Part shown: positions 18,670 to 28,684 of the stretch, one piece after another
Layout of the letters: every line of letters begins with the position of its first letter
How positions within the stretch are numbered: position 1 is the first letter of the stretch
From: Bacilli bacterium
Lineage (GTDB): Bacteria; Bacillota_I; Bacilli_A; RFN20; CAG-826
Length of the DNA stretch: 42,757 nt
Reading direction: 5' to 3'
Assembly (NCBI GenBank): GCA_024408295.1
Contig: JAKSVE010000006.1
Span: 1 to 42,757, forward strand
Notes under the pieces: generated by a model
Databases searched by the model: none
Seen by the model: the letters and a program-made list of their open reading frames with translations, nothing else
Told to the model about the DNA's origin: nothing
Translations under genes and position numbers: made by a program

Positions 18670-19527
18670 CTATGCGCCCATTGCCTCACGGCCATAGATA
18701 TAGATTTCTAAGCCGTAGTTGGTCTGTCCGAATTGGATGACGTGATCAATGTCTTCTGCTAAGCCTGGAGGGAATGCGTAATAACCATATTCTGAGTAAT
18801 CATACTCATCGGCATCATCCATCAAATCACCATATGGAACAACCGTGTAGAAGTTATCTTCAAGAAGCTTCGTGTATTCTTCTTCAGCGTCCCAGGCAAC
18901 GTTCTTGATGATGATATCGATATATCCCTCACTGTTGATGTGCGAGTCGTATCTATATTTGCCGTTATCCTCAAGGTGTGGAAGGTCGTGGCCAAGTAGG
19001 TCGACGACTAAATTTGTTGGCCATGCATCCTCTGGAGCATAGGTGTAGTTGTAGGCAAATATGCCTAAGCACTCCTTGCCCTTGTGATTTCCTTCAAGGA
19101 ATTGCATTTCAATTCCCTTTATTGGAGTGATCACCTTATCGGCAAAGTAGACATCATAGTAGTAGCGGGTGAATCCATCTGTATCCCAACCCATTTGCGT
19201 GTCGTAGGTTACCTCGTATCCTGCGATTGAACACAAATCTGCATATGTAACGAGAGCATCCTGGATTTCGTCTTCGGGAATGTAACAGAAAATCTCTACG
19301 AGCGGATCGCCGAAATCGTCCTCTTCGACAATGACGTCAAACTTATCGCATGGAAGACGAGGCAAATCCTCTCCGAGGTTTCCGATGATATCGCTTGTAT
19401 ATTCTTCGCCCCAAGCAGAAGGGCCAACTGGTTTCTTGCTAGTGCTTGAACCTTTATTAGCAGAACCGCATGCTGACATCGCAATTGCTGCGATGCCAAG
19501 CAAGGTATTTCTAACGGTGTTTCTCAT
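18670..19527 (-). CDS. Acidic lipoprotein with two copies of an unannotated ~100-aa repeat
   Basis: Lipobox MSAC; AW...LGxDLPxL...Y...L...(G/F)Y occurs twice. Confidence 0.8.
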   Translation of the reverse strand: MRNTVRNTLLGIAAIAMSACGSANKGSSTSKKPVGPSAWGEEYTSDIIGNLGEDLPRLPCDKFDVIVEEDDFGDPLVEIFCYIPEDEIQDALVTYADLCSIAGYEVTYDTQMGWDTDGFTRYYYDVYFADKVITPIKGIEMQFLEGNHKGKECLGIFAYNYTYAPEDAWPTNLVVDLLGHDLPHLEDNGKYRYDSHINSEGYIDIIIKNVAWDAEEEYTKLLEDNFYTVVPYGDLMDDADEYDYSEYGYYAFPPGLAEDIDHVIQFGQTNYGLEIYIYGREAMGA

Positions 19528-19529
19528 AA

Positions 19530-22500
19530 TTATTTAGAGACGGTCTCTCCTCCGAAGAATGAGAAGTTCTCATAGTCGTTGATGATGAATTCGTCATCGT
19601 TTATTTCGATTCCCTTTTCGCTATTTCTAAGATCAAGTTCGATTGTAACGCTTGGATCATCGTCATATTCGAAGACGTACACGTGATCACCGTGTAATCC
19701 TTTATAAGAGAAACTGTATGAGACATCATCGTTTGAGAGTGTTGCCTTTCCTGCTGCTGTTACAGTGAATGAGAATGGCGCGCCATTTCCGTCTTCGCCG
19801 CTCCATGCTCCGACAACTTCAGCTGGAAGCGAACCTTCTGCAGCTGCTTTGACTGTGATTCTAACTGTTTTTGAGACGTTTCCGTCCTTACCTTTGACTG
19901 TTGCGGTAACTTCAACGACACCAGCAACAGTTCCAACGCTCAATTCGCCTGTCTTTGTGTTGATTGTGGCCTTGGTTGTTGTACCTGAGTTGACGTTGTT
20001 ATTAACTGTCCATGTGATGGTCTTGTCTGATGTGATTGATGAATCGAAAGAAGTGGTAAATGTGACTTTGCCGGTTGTTTCGACTTCAGTTGCAGAAGGA
20101 GTGATGCTCCAGTTTGTGTCATTTGGATAAACGTTGTCCTTGACGACAAACTTGATCTCTTTCTTGACGGATGGGTCTTTCTTTGAGGCGACTGTGATTG
20201 TGACCTCACCTGCCTTCAAGAATTTGACGGTTCCGTACGCTCCAACGGAGATGCCTTCCTCCTCATCGTAATCAGCATCCTGTCCAACAACCGTTGCAAC
20301 AGTCTTGTCCGATGATGAGTAAGTGACTGCGGTAACATTTGCGTTATCTGGATATGCTTTTAAGAGCGATAGGTATGTTGTTGAACCTGCCATAACTTCA
20401 TACTTGCCATCTGCGTTAGGTGTCAATGAGCCAACCTTGACTGTGAAGGATGTCATATAGACTTGAAGCTCAGCGTCGAATGAAGACTTGAGAGGTGACT
20501 TGATTGTGCCGTTATCAAGATACTTGATGTCGCAGACAAAGATTGTTGAGTGTGAGAATTCAAGAGCAAAGCTTTCGCCTGTTTCAGCGTTTGCTAAGAG
20601 GATTCTATCGTTCTTTGCGCCTGTGATTGTTCCGGTTACCTTATGGCCAAAATATTCAATTTCCGCAGTGGTTTCGCTGAGAATTGTAGCGGAAACATAC
20701 TCTCCTTTATATTCGTTGCCAACGTATGATGCGAGAGTTGGCTTGTTTGCGACTGTGATTGTGACTGTGTTTGATTTCACGCCGTTTGAGGCTTCAGCAT
20801 AGACGTTTGCTGTACCTGCAGCTAAGCCTGTGACGACTCCATCAGCGCTGATAGAAACGATTTCTTCTCCGCCTTCCTCGATATGCCATGTGAGTGATTT
20901 ATCTGTTGCGTTATTTGGCGCAACGAGGGTGTGGAGAACCTGTGTTTCGCCAACATAGATTTCTGCTGATGAAGGAGCAGCGGTAACACCTGTGACTGGG
21001 ACTGCGATTGTTGGGTCTTTCCAGTTGTTGCATGTCTCGTCTTTTGAGAAACACATTGAGTCGAATGTGATGCCACACTGTCTTCCAATCATTGAAGCCT
21101 TCATGACGATTTCGACCTTGCTTGCTGCTGCAAACTCGACTTCAATCAACTTGCTGAACTCCCCAGATGCCTTTTGCTTGATTTCTGCAGTGATATCGTG
21201 CTCTTCGTATGTCTCTCCATCGTTTGATGTACGGACAACGATCTTTGAGATGTTATCAATATTGCCCTTATGTGATTCATAGAAGAATCCATAGTTGAAC
21301 GATAATTTTGATACTTGCTGTTCACCGAAGTCAAAGTAGAGTCCTGGGTTGACATCTTTGTTCAAGACTTCCTGATCGGATGGGTTAATGACCATGTAGA
21401 GCTTTCCAGAGTCATACTGGTCTGAGTTCTTGCCGTCCAAGATTTGAGCGCCAGGTCCTGCGGTAATGGTGAATGGTGCATTGGTGTTGATGTTGTTGGC
21501 TGCCAAGACTTCCTTTGTCTTTGCGTCGATTGCGACGAATTCAAAGTCGTAGACCGCATTGCTCTTGTCCTGGGTTGGAGGGGTGTTGACCTTGACTTTG
21601 ATATGTTCTGATTCGAGTGTCTTGTTCTCGCCCTTAACAGTCGCATAGATTTCAGTTTCGCCTGGAGCGATTGTGTGGACTGTCATGGCTTTGTCGCCCT
21701 GAGCATAATCAAGGGAGACGATTTTGCTGTCGTAGTGCCATGTGATGTCAGCATTTTCCTGCTTAACCAAATCCCAAGCTTCGAACTGCGTAGGGGTTAA
21801 GACCGCTTCAACGATGAACTTCTCGTCGATATCGCATGCGACATCGTGATTTGCATCGCCTGAAACACTCTGTCCTGCTTTAACTCTAGCGTGGATATCT
21901 GTGTAGTATGCTTCCTGGTAGTCGTGTGGCCATCCTTTGTACTGCCAATATGTTGTTTTTGTATCGTCTCCGAATTCTGGGATTCTTGATTCATATGGAA
22001 CCGCTGTTTCTCCGAAGTCATCTAAAATGATTTCGACATAGTTCTTTGGATCTGCCTCGTTGACGTCATCGCAGTAGCCAAAGATGTGCGAGATGTATCC
22101 GTCTTCGTTAACGAGAATTGCGATATCGATAATGTCATTGAACCATGCATAGTTGAATGCTGTGTAATTCAATTCCTTGATTTTCTCGTTTGACTTGACG
22201 AAATAGACGCCCTGAGTCATTGCAACGTCTGCTGCGGTTAGGTTGTTCAAGAATGCTGGGAGATAGAAGTATGCATTCCAAATTGAAAGGTCGGAATTTT
22301 TATAGCCTTTCTGGAGCCATCCACCCTTCGATTTTGGATTGCCCTTTTCGTTGTCCCAGAATGTCCATGACTCGCCTTTTTCATCGATATGATAGTAGGA
22401 GAGACAACTCTGGTAGTCGTATCCGCTTTGAGCGAGGTCCCAGCTGTAGTCACAGATGAGATCGCCATCGTAATATTCATAGTCGGTTTCGGTGTTAGCG

Positions 22501-22709
22501 CCGTCATCGTAGCTCTGATAGCTCAAGACGGTGACGTTTGAATAATCCTTCTGAAGAGCCTTATCAAAAGCGGCAGTTGGCTTAACGATTGAGCCTCCCT
22601 GGCTTGATTCATCTCCTGGATTAACGCTTGATGTGTCAACCGGTTTGGTTCTGCATCCTGTCAATACCATGGCAGCCGCAGAAATTAATAATATCTTTTT
22701 GGTTTTCAT
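19530..22709 (-). CDS. Large lipoprotein with bacterial Ig-like (Big_2-type) domains
   Basis: Lipobox LTGC; VPVTGV...PNNATDKSLTW...ISADGVVTGLAAGTA and related repeats. Confidence 0.85.
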   Translation of the reverse strand: MKTKKILLISAAAMVLTGCRTKPVDTSSVNPGDESSQGGSIVKPTAAFDKALQKDYSNVTVLSYQSYDDGANTETDYEYYDGDLICDYSWDLAQSGYDYQSCLSYYHIDEKGESWTFWDNEKGNPKSKGGWLQKGYKNSDLSIWNAYFYLPAFLNNLTAADVAMTQGVYFVKSNEKIKELNYTAFNYAWFNDIIDIAILVNEDGYISHIFGYCDDVNEADPKNYVEIILDDFGETAVPYESRIPEFGDDTKTTYWQYKGWPHDYQEAYYTDIHARVKAGQSVSGDANHDVACDIDEKFIVEAVLTPTQFEAWDLVKQENADITWHYDSKIVSLDYAQGDKAMTVHTIAPGETEIYATVKGENKTLESEHIKVKVNTPPTQDKSNAVYDFEFVAIDAKTKEVLAANNINTNAPFTITAGPGAQILDGKNSDQYDSGKLYMVINPSDQEVLNKDVNPGLYFDFGEQQVSKLSFNYGFFYESHKGNIDNISKIVVRTSNDGETYEEHDITAEIKQKASGEFSKLIEVEFAAASKVEIVMKASMIGRQCGITFDSMCFSKDETCNNWKDPTIAVPVTGVTAAPSSAEIYVGETQVLHTLVAPNNATDKSLTWHIEEGGEEIVSISADGVVTGLAAGTANVYAEASNGVKSNTVTITVANKPTLASYVGNEYKGEYVSATILSETTAEIEYFGHKVTGTITGAKNDRILLANAETGESFALEFSHSTIFVCDIKYLDNGTIKSPLKSSFDAELQVYMTSFTVKVGSLTPNADGKYEVMAGSTTYLSLLKAYPDNANVTAVTYSSSDKTVATVVGQDADYDEEEGISVGAYGTVKFLKAGEVTITVASKKDPSVKKEIKFVVKDNVYPNDTNWSITPSATEVETTGKVTFTTSFDSSITSDKTITWTVNNNVNSGTTTKATINTKTGELSVGTVAGVVEVTATVKGKDGNVSKTVRITVKAAAEGSLPAEVVGAWSGEDGNGAPFSFTVTAAGKATLSNDDVSYSFSYKGLHGDHVYVFEYDDDPSVTIELDLRNSEKGIEINDDEFIINDYENFSFFGGETVSK

Positions 22710-22733
22710 TTGTTTTTCCTTTCCGCCTACCGA

Positions 22734-23858
22734 TTAATAGTAGATTGCAATCGCGATTGTCTGTTGTTCTAAGCAGTACATTAAGCTGAGTAAATGCTCA
22801 TCTTTTCCGTATGAGTAATCGCGGGTTGTGATAGTTAACGATCCTGTTGATTTTCTTTCTTCGACGAACTTGTATCCTTCTCGCTCGAGAACCGCTCCAT
22901 ATGCGGTCATGTCATCGAGTGTGACACCGTCATAGTAGAGGGTCAGTATTTCATCGTCTCCGATGAATCCGAACTCGAAGTTGGATGCGTCATTGCTGAG
23001 CTTTGGCAAATCCTTGCCCAAGAGTTCTGTGATATATAAGTATGGCCATGCGTTTGTGACGTTTGCGGTGAGCACACCCATATAATACTCATACATGATT
23101 GTGACGTATCCGGATGGGCTTATTGCTTCGTTGAAGTAACTGCCAACCTTGATTGAATATCCTGCCATCTTAAGTGATGACTCGTATTCAGTAACGTCCT
23201 TTTCGGTCATGTGGTAGGCATAGATGCTCACTCGCATTTCATTCTTTGCGGTGATACTTGGATAGATTTCGTAGCAATCTGCCTTTATTTCTGGAATCTT
23301 TTCGCCAAGAATCTCTCTGATTGTTTCCTCTGGCCAATAGTCGATTCTGTATTCGTATCTATAGATCATCAACTCGAATGCTGTTTCGCCATCAGCATCT
23401 TGCTTAAGCTCGTATTGAACAATCAAATCATCAGTTAATGAGTACTCGATGAATCCGTATGGCAATTCGCCTGATAACTGATATCCAGCATTGACTAGAG
23501 ACTTCTCATATGTGGCCTCAACAGTCCTTTCGAATATTCCGTAACATCGGATGATAACTAAGTCTAGCGAGTTTCCGTTGTCGTCAGTTTCCTTTGTAAT
23601 TCCGAAATAGTACTCGTCTGCATCAACGGTCGGTACCATTGACGCTTTTTCTTTCTCTGTGATTTTCCCAATTACAGATAGAACATCGTCGTCCCAAGCT
23701 TCTGAATGATAAGTCTCATCGTATTCAACATTAAGTTGAGACTTAGTGGATGAGCTTGGCTGGCTATTGTTATTACCGTTATTTCCGCATGAGATTGCGC
23801 ATCCTAACGTTAAGAGTGATGCGGCAAGTGCCAGTATAGTTTTTTTCTTACTTCTCAT
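22734..23858 (-). CDS. Acidic lipoprotein with three copies of the same ~100-aa repeat
   Basis: Signal peptide ending AISC; AAGGAGG Shine-Dalgarno site; W(P)...LG...P...Y...L...GY x3. Confidence 0.8.
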   Translation of the reverse strand: MRSKKKTILALAASLLTLGCAISCGNNGNNNSQPSSSTKSQLNVEYDETYHSEAWDDDVLSVIGKITEKEKASMVPTVDADEYYFGITKETDDNGNSLDLVIIRCYGIFERTVEATYEKSLVNAGYQLSGELPYGFIEYSLTDDLIVQYELKQDADGETAFELMIYRYEYRIDYWPEETIREILGEKIPEIKADCYEIYPSITAKNEMRVSIYAYHMTEKDVTEYESSLKMAGYSIKVGSYFNEAISPSGYVTIMYEYYMGVLTANVTNAWPYLYITELLGKDLPKLSNDASNFEFGFIGDDEILTLYYDGVTLDDMTAYGAVLEREGYKFVEERKSTGSLTITTRDYSYGKDEHLLSLMYCLEQQTIAIAIYY

Positions 23859-24060
23859 TGAGAAAACCTCCTTTCCTTCTCAAATGAACCCACTTAATAT
23901 AGACATATGTTTATGAAATTCAATGATTATATTCAGATTTTACTATTTTATTTATAAAGGGGTAAGAAATATGGGGTTTTTGCAGGGATTTTCTAAGATA
24001 TTTTGGTAGGATAAATCACGTTTTGATTGATACAAAAACGAGTTATTTGATGTAATAATA

Positions 24061-24070
24061 AAAGCGCTTT
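24061..24070. promoter_or_regulatory. LacI/CcpA-type palindrome between divergent operons
   Basis: Perfect palindrome AAAGCGCTTT with a central CG. Confidence 0.35.
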
Positions 24071-24173
24071 ACTTGTGTATAAAATTATACACGCTTTAAA
24101 ACGTGGTGAATTGGTGTAAGATAATATTCAAGGTCCAAAAGAAATTAATCTTTTGAGACATTGAGGTGGAGTT

Positions 24174-24998
24174 ATGATTACGATTTTTAACACAGGATAC
24201 CTAGCTAACGGAATTATTGACTTAGTTTTGTCGCTTGTTTTGTTCTCGCTTTTGGATTTGCCATTTATTCTTATGGTGAAGAAAAAAGGTCTTTTTGCTG
24301 GTCTTGTTTCTGTTCAGGTCGTTTCAATCTTATCACTCATTCTCTGCCTTGACGTTATCACTTACATCTCAATTGCAGTGGTCATCATGCTTGCTGCTCT
24401 TGGCATATTCGCTAATTTCAACCAGTTCAAATTTTTCTTCTCTGGCTCAGCCAAAGGAAAGAGCATTAAGGATTTATTCAACAAGAAGCCAACCGAGCGC
24501 GCTGTCACTATTTATGACAAGAGTGGTGTCATTGATGAGATCGACGAGGCTGTTAGATTCTTATCAAGCAGAGGCACCGGCGCTCTTATTACCATCATCA
24601 GAAAAGATGACATCCTCAATGTTGAGACCAATGAACCAATCATCAAGCAGAAGGGCGTAGCTCTCGACGCTGTTGTTAATGCAGAACTCTTGGAAACAAT
24701 CTTCTATTTAGGCACCAGACTCCACGACGGTGCGGTTGTCATTAGAGACAACAAGATCATTGCGGGTTCAGTATTCTATGAATCAACGAAGAGACCGTTA
24801 ACAGGAAAGTATGGTGCTCGTCATCAGGCTGCAATGGGTATTTCTGAAAACTCAGATGCAGTTACCATTATCGTTTCTGAAGAAAACTCGAAGATTTCAA
24901 TTTGCCATGATTTGATGATGGACGTTGTTCCGCCAGATCAGTTCAAGGCTCAGTTAGACTTGGTTTTAAGCCAGGATTCAGTTGCGAAGATCCACTAA
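24174..24998 (+). CDS. dacA: Membrane diadenylate cyclase (CdaA/DacA-like)
   Basis: 3 N-terminal TM; GALI, LHDGAVVI, GARHQAAMG, VSEE. Confidence 0.9.
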   Translation: MITIFNTGYLANGIIDLVLSLVLFSLLDLPFILMVKKKGLFAGLVSVQVVSILSLILCLDVITYISIAVVIMLAALGIFANFNQFKFFFSGSAKGKSIKDLFNKKPTERAVTIYDKSGVIDEIDEAVRFLSSRGTGALITIIRKDDILNVETNEPIIKQKGVALDAVVNAELLETIFYLGTRLHDGAVVIRDNKIIAGSVFYESTKRPLTGKYGARHQAAMGISENSDAVTIIVSEENSKISICHDLMMDVVPPDQFKAQLDLVLSQDSVAKIH

Positions 24999-25004
24999 TA
25001 AGAC

Positions 25005-25631
25005 ATGGACTATTCAGTAAAACTAACCATATACATTTTAAGCGCAATCATTGTTTTCGGATTGTTGGTTTTTTGGATTGTTTACTCGCCTATTAAGCAC
25101 TACCTTTGGAGTACAAAATCCAAAGACATGTTCTACAAGAAGGTCTACAACGTAGCCAGAAATTTAGACTTATATCTCGTCAATGGGTTAGATATCAAAG
25201 TTGGGGATGAAATCCACGCTCATATCGACCACTTGATTGGCGGAGACAAATATTTATATTTGATTACAACTTACTATTACGACGGATGCCTTGAGGCTAG
25301 AGGTGATGATAGAAGCTGGATCTACTACGCAAAGAACGGCACTAAATCAAACGTTTCGAATCTTATTTTTGCCAACCAGAAAACCGTTAATGCTTTCTCT
25401 ATAAGAACCGGTTTTCCATCCAATATGATAAAAGGAATCGTCGTTGTTAATGACGACTGCTTCGTAAACAGAAACGACTCTCAAGTCGGTGAGAATGCTT
25501 TGTCTACAATCTCAAGTCTGGAGAATATAGTGGCTCAGTATGAACAAAGCGATGTCGGCTCATTTAACGCCGAGCAATTAAAACAGGTAATCAGAGATCT
25601 TCATGATTCAAATGAGGTGAATAATGGATAG
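25005..25631 (+). CDS. Membrane-anchored NERD-like domain protein
   Basis: N-terminal TM; HIDHLIGGDKYLYLI...YYDG...W pattern resembles NERD, but the E-x-K residues are not evident. Confidence 0.6.
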   Translation: MDYSVKLTIYILSAIIVFGLLVFWIVYSPIKHYLWSTKSKDMFYKKVYNVARNLDLYLVNGLDIKVGDEIHAHIDHLIGGDKYLYLITTYYYDGCLEARGDDRSWIYYAKNGTKSNVSNLIFANQKTVNAFSIRTGFPSNMIKGIVVVNDDCFVNRNDSQVGENALSTISSLENIVAQYEQSDVGSFNAEQLKQVIRDLHDSNEVNNG

Positions 25632-26682
25632 AGAATTATCGCCAAAACAGAAGTATAAGAAGTATTTCGTCGGTGTTTTACCGATGATTTTAGTTTTTAT
25701 TTTGGCTTCTGTCATTGCGTTTTCCATAGGTTTGTTCTCGATTGACATGCTATTCTTGACCGTTCCGTTCATACTAATCCCTGTTCTATTTGCCTTGCAG
25801 GTCAATATGGCAGATGTAGAAGGCGGATCCCAATTCTCCAACAAAGGTCTATGGTCATCATTCAGACGTTATTTCGTCGGTCCTTTCAATGGCTGCTATA
25901 ACGTCATCAACTCTTTCTTCAAAGCATTCCTCTTCTCCCTTCTCGGATCAGTGATATATGCAATCGTATTTGTCTCCATTGCCCAATACGTTTCGCCAAC
26001 ATTAGGCACCACGATTGAAGCGGTTGTTTCGATGATTGAGTCTGGAGTCGGATTCGATGATGTGACAGCATCATTATCATCCTCCCCGACATTCGTGTAT
26101 ATGTTGCTTTCGGTTCAGATAGTCGAAGGACTTATCTTCACCGTCTTGTTCATCCACTATATCTTAGGCTCGGCTCCAATGGCCCTTATCCAAGGCATTA
26201 TGGGAGCAGGAGATAGAAGAGGCGTCAGGATGATCTATCAGGCCACAAGAAAGTCAAATAGAGGCCTTTACAATAAGAATTACAGCAAGTTTGCATGGCC
26301 GTTGTATCCGTTGGTTATCGTCGGATTCTTCATGGGATTAGCCATCTCCCTTCTCGTTTTAGTGAGAGCAGAATTTGTCTATCTAGACGATCCTGTTACC
26401 GTTTTTAATGGCCTTATGTTTGCAATCCCAATGGGCGTTCTAGGATCAGTTCTTCTCTTAGCCTTCTACCTCCCATATTTCTTTTACTCGGTCGAGGCGT
26501 TTGCATTTGAGCTAATCCCTGTAATAAGAGATACATCTGTCAGAATCGCAAAACAAAACTTAGAAGAGCTCAAGCGTATGCGTGAAATTAATGATGAACA
26601 AGCACGTGCGTATGAAGAAGACATAAAGCGCGCTCAAGAAATCGACATCGAATCAAGCGAAGACGATAGTGAGGATAAGTAG
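25624..26682 (+). CDS. Hypothetical multi-pass membrane protein
   Basis: About 6 TM with a charged C-terminal helix; overlaps the previous stop, so probably operonic. Confidence 0.8.
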   Translation: MDRELSPKQKYKKYFVGVLPMILVFILASVIAFSIGLFSIDMLFLTVPFILIPVLFALQVNMADVEGGSQFSNKGLWSSFRRYFVGPFNGCYNVINSFFKAFLFSLLGSVIYAIVFVSIAQYVSPTLGTTIEAVVSMIESGVGFDDVTASLSSSPTFVYMLLSVQIVEGLIFTVLFIHYILGSAPMALIQGIMGAGDRRGVRMIYQATRKSNRGLYNKNYSKFAWPLYPLVIVGFFMGLAISLLVLVRAEFVYLDDPVTVFNGLMFAIPMGVLGSVLLLAFYLPYFFYSVEAFAFELIPVIRDTSVRIAKQNLEELKRMREINDEQARAYEEDIKRAQEIDIESSEDDSEDK

Positions 26683-26737
26683 TGGGCGTGCTCTTTAATT
26701 AATCAAAAGGCTGTTCGCAATAATACTTAATCTAAAT

Positions 26738-26814
26738 ATTCCCGTATCTTGCCTAAAACAAAACCCCCGATTATCTCGAGGGTTTTTAGTTTTACTGGAG
26801 CAAGATACGGGAAT
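26738..26814. repeat. Long inverted repeat joining the tRNA-Gly 3' end, its terminator and an inverted 15-bp copy
   Basis: ATTCCCGTATCTTGC (26738-26752) is the exact reverse complement of 26800-26814; the terminator hairpin lies between them. Confidence 0.9.
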
Positions 26815-26869
26815 CGGACCCGCGTGTCGACCTTGGCAAGGTCGCGTTCTACCATTGAACTAATCCTGC
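26796..26869 (-). tRNA. tRNA-Gly(GCC)
   Basis: Minus-strand arm CGACC-TTGCCAA-GGTCG, U73, CCA; the T loop reads TCCGATT. Confidence 0.93.
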
Positions 26870-26983
26870 AACACGTCGCCTTTCAGCGTGGACTATTATA
26901 ATAATCTAATTTGATATTGGCAAGTGGTAAAATCAACTTTATGAGAATATAATCTTAGAGGCTCCATTTAGGAGGAGATATTT

Positions 26984-28636
26984 ATGGCAGACTACAAAGA
27001 TTTAGCAAACCTTATGTTCCCAGACATCACTGAGACAGTAGATGATTTAGAAAAGAGATACCCAGCAAGAAATTTGCCTGAAGGCGCTCAGGTCACACGT
27101 TTTGCACCTTCCCCAACAGGATTCCTTCATACTGGTTCTTTGTTCACTGCGCTAGTAGGATTCAAATACGCTAAGCAGTCTGGTGGTGTTTATATGTTCA
27201 GACTAGAGGATACAGACACCAAGAGAACAATTGCAGGTTCTGGCGATGAGTTAATCGACCAACTTGGAAACTTCGGCATTGTTGCAGACGAAGGCTACTG
27301 GCCAGACGGCGATAGAGGCGCATATGGCCCATATCAGCAGTCAAAGAGGCGCGATATCTACCGCACTGTTATCAAGCACTTGGTGGAGCAGGGCAAGGCA
27401 TATCCTGATTTCTGCACCGCTGAGGATTTAGAGAAGATCAGAGCATACCAGGAAGCCAATAAGATTCTCCCTGGATACTATGGCGAGTTTGCTAGAGATA
27501 GAAACCTTTCAGTTGATGAGCAGATTGCTAGAATCAACAATGGCGAGCCATATGTCGTTAGATACAAATCACACGGAGACCACAACAACAAAGTCTCATT
27601 CGTAGATGCTATCAGAGGCAAGCTCGATATCGCTGAAAATGATGTCGACGTTGTCATCCTCAAGGGTGATGGCCTCCCAACATATCACTTCGCACATGTT
27701 GTTGATGACCACTTCATGAGAACCACATTAGTTTCCCGTGGTGAGGAGTGGATCCCTTCAACTCCAATTCACTTGGATTTATTCTCGGCTTTAGGTTGGG
27801 AACCAACAAAGTATGCCCACCTACCAGTTATCATGAAGCTTGATAACGGCAATAAGCGTAAATTATCCAAGAGAAAAGATCCTGAGGCTGCAGTGTCCTA
27901 TTTCTTGCAGGAAGGATACCCAACAAAAGGATTGCTCGTCTACCTCATGAACATCGCTAACTCCAACTTCGAGGAGTGGACAATCGCAAATAAGGACTTC
28001 GAGTTATCACACTTCCAGTTCTCATTCGAAAAGATGTCATTAGACGGCGCTTTGTTCGACATCGATAAGCTCCAATATTTCTGCCGTGAAGTATTAGGCG
28101 CTGAACACGCTGATACAATCGTTCCAGCAGCAAAGGCTTGGGCAAAGGAAAACAATGAGAAATTATATGCAAAAATCTCTGCAGATGAGGCATATGTTTC
28201 CCGTATCGTTAACATCGATAAGGATAAGCAGAATCCACGTAAGGACTTCGCAAACTACGCTGAAATCGAAACAAAGACAAGATTCTTCTACGATGAGGAC
28301 TTCGCTCCAATCAAAGCAGCGGGATTCCCATTCAATGAAAAGTTCGATAAGGAATTCGTCAAGTCATTCTTAGCAGACTGCGCTGAAAACATGATCTACG
28401 GCGTAGATGAGATGACATGGTGGAATGGTGTCAAAGACTTGGCTGCAAAGAATGGATTCGCAACCAACAACAAAGAGTACAAAGCAAATCCAACTGCATT
28501 CAAAGGCAACACTGGAGATGCAGCTGAATTAATCCGTATCGCTCTTACCGGATCAAAGATGGCTCCAAACCTTCATGAGGTCATTGAAATTCTCGGCAAG
28601 GACAGAGTTGTTGCTCGTTTATTGTCAGCAATCTAA
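26984..28636 (+). CDS. gltX: Glutamyl-tRNA synthetase
   Basis: TRFAPSPTGFLHTG, RLEDTD, PTYHFAHVVDDH, RGEEW, KLSKR. Confidence 0.96.
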   Translation: MADYKDLANLMFPDITETVDDLEKRYPARNLPEGAQVTRFAPSPTGFLHTGSLFTALVGFKYAKQSGGVYMFRLEDTDTKRTIAGSGDELIDQLGNFGIVADEGYWPDGDRGAYGPYQQSKRRDIYRTVIKHLVEQGKAYPDFCTAEDLEKIRAYQEANKILPGYYGEFARDRNLSVDEQIARINNGEPYVVRYKSHGDHNNKVSFVDAIRGKLDIAENDVDVVILKGDGLPTYHFAHVVDDHFMRTTLVSRGEEWIPSTPIHLDLFSALGWEPTKYAHLPVIMKLDNGNKRKLSKRKDPEAAVSYFLQEGYPTKGLLVYLMNIANSNFEEWTIANKDFELSHFQFSFEKMSLDGALFDIDKLQYFCREVLGAEHADTIVPAAKAWAKENNEKLYAKISADEAYVSRIVNIDKDKQNPRKDFANYAEIETKTRFFYDEDFAPIKAAGFPFNEKFDKEFVKSFLADCAENMIYGVDEMTWWNGVKDLAAKNGFATNNKEYKANPTAFKGNTGDAAELIRIALTGSKMAPNLHEVIEILGKDRVVARLLSAI

Positions 28637-28684
28637 TTAAAATCTTGCAAAGCGATAACCTTAATGGTTTAATATCGCTTGCGC

